The notes under the pieces: generated by a model
What the model saw: only the letters and a program-made list of their open reading frames with translations
Database searches by the model: none
Told to the model about the DNA's origin: nothing
Translations under genes and position numbers: made by a program
Assembly: GCA_038087875.1 (NCBI GenBank)
Contig: JAXLNO010000213.1
Coordinates: forward strand, 248,001-312,000
Source: Malacoraja senta
Taxonomy: Eukaryota
Reading direction: 5' to 3'
DNA: 64,000 bases
Part shown: positions 63,844-64,000 of the stretch, piece after piece
Layout: the number at the start of each line of letters is the position of its first letter
How positions within the stretch are numbered: the first letter of the stretch is position 1

Positions 63844-64000
63844 CAAATAGCCTGCTTCTGTAATGTATGGACCCACGAACAAACAAGTGCACGCATTGCT
63901 CTGTGGGAATTTAATCCCGTTCATCAGCTCCTGTCTGAATTTACTCTGGGTCACCAGTAAATACACGTGTTTGTGCAGGAACTGAGCAGCTGCAGGAACA
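63844..64000 (-). pseudogene. 3' end of a GPR139-like GPCR paralog with frameshifts (gene continues beyond the window)
   Basis: Matches 28981-29141 but has a 1-nt deletion after CIY (TAC TGG TGA, stop) and a further 2-nt deletion. Confidence 0.75.

Larger units (their letters stand above)
53828..64000 (-). repeat. Inverted segmental duplicate of 28981-32961, split by an L1 insertion
   Basis: 53828-54093 and 60294-64000 reverse-complement-match 32961 back to 28981, including the minisatellite and Rex copy. Confidence 0.95.

Overview
This is vertebrate nuclear DNA, not prokaryotic. The repeat complement (CR1/HER1-type LINE tails, Rex/Babar, L2, fish-type L1, Penelope-derived short repeats) and the receptor family point to a cartilaginous fish, probably a skate or ray (inference). 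The window is part of a cluster of two-exon class A orphan GPCR genes of the GPR139/GPR142-like family that is expanded in chondrichthyans. Two genes look intact once the short first exons, absent from the ORF track, are spliced on: join(26125..26194,28207..29141) on + (334 aa) and complement(join(48565..49496,51658..51757)) (343 aa). Two damaged paralogs of the first gene sit at the window edges, inside inverted segmental duplications (949-2931 vs 25764-28005; 28981-32961 vs 53828-64000). The rest is mostly transposon-derived: a full-length L1 with TSD, a second rearranged L1, a near-complete hAT-like DDE transposon, a decayed BEL/Pao element, Gypsy and DIRS remnants, non-autonomous Helitron ends and many LINE fragments. 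The most unusual object is a 766-bp insertion (41889-42654). It has two INVERTED LTR-like repeats, and its primer-binding site runs directly into a CCA-terminated tRNA-Leu minihelix, making it a candidate self-priming element. All alignments and family calls were made by eye; no searches were run.
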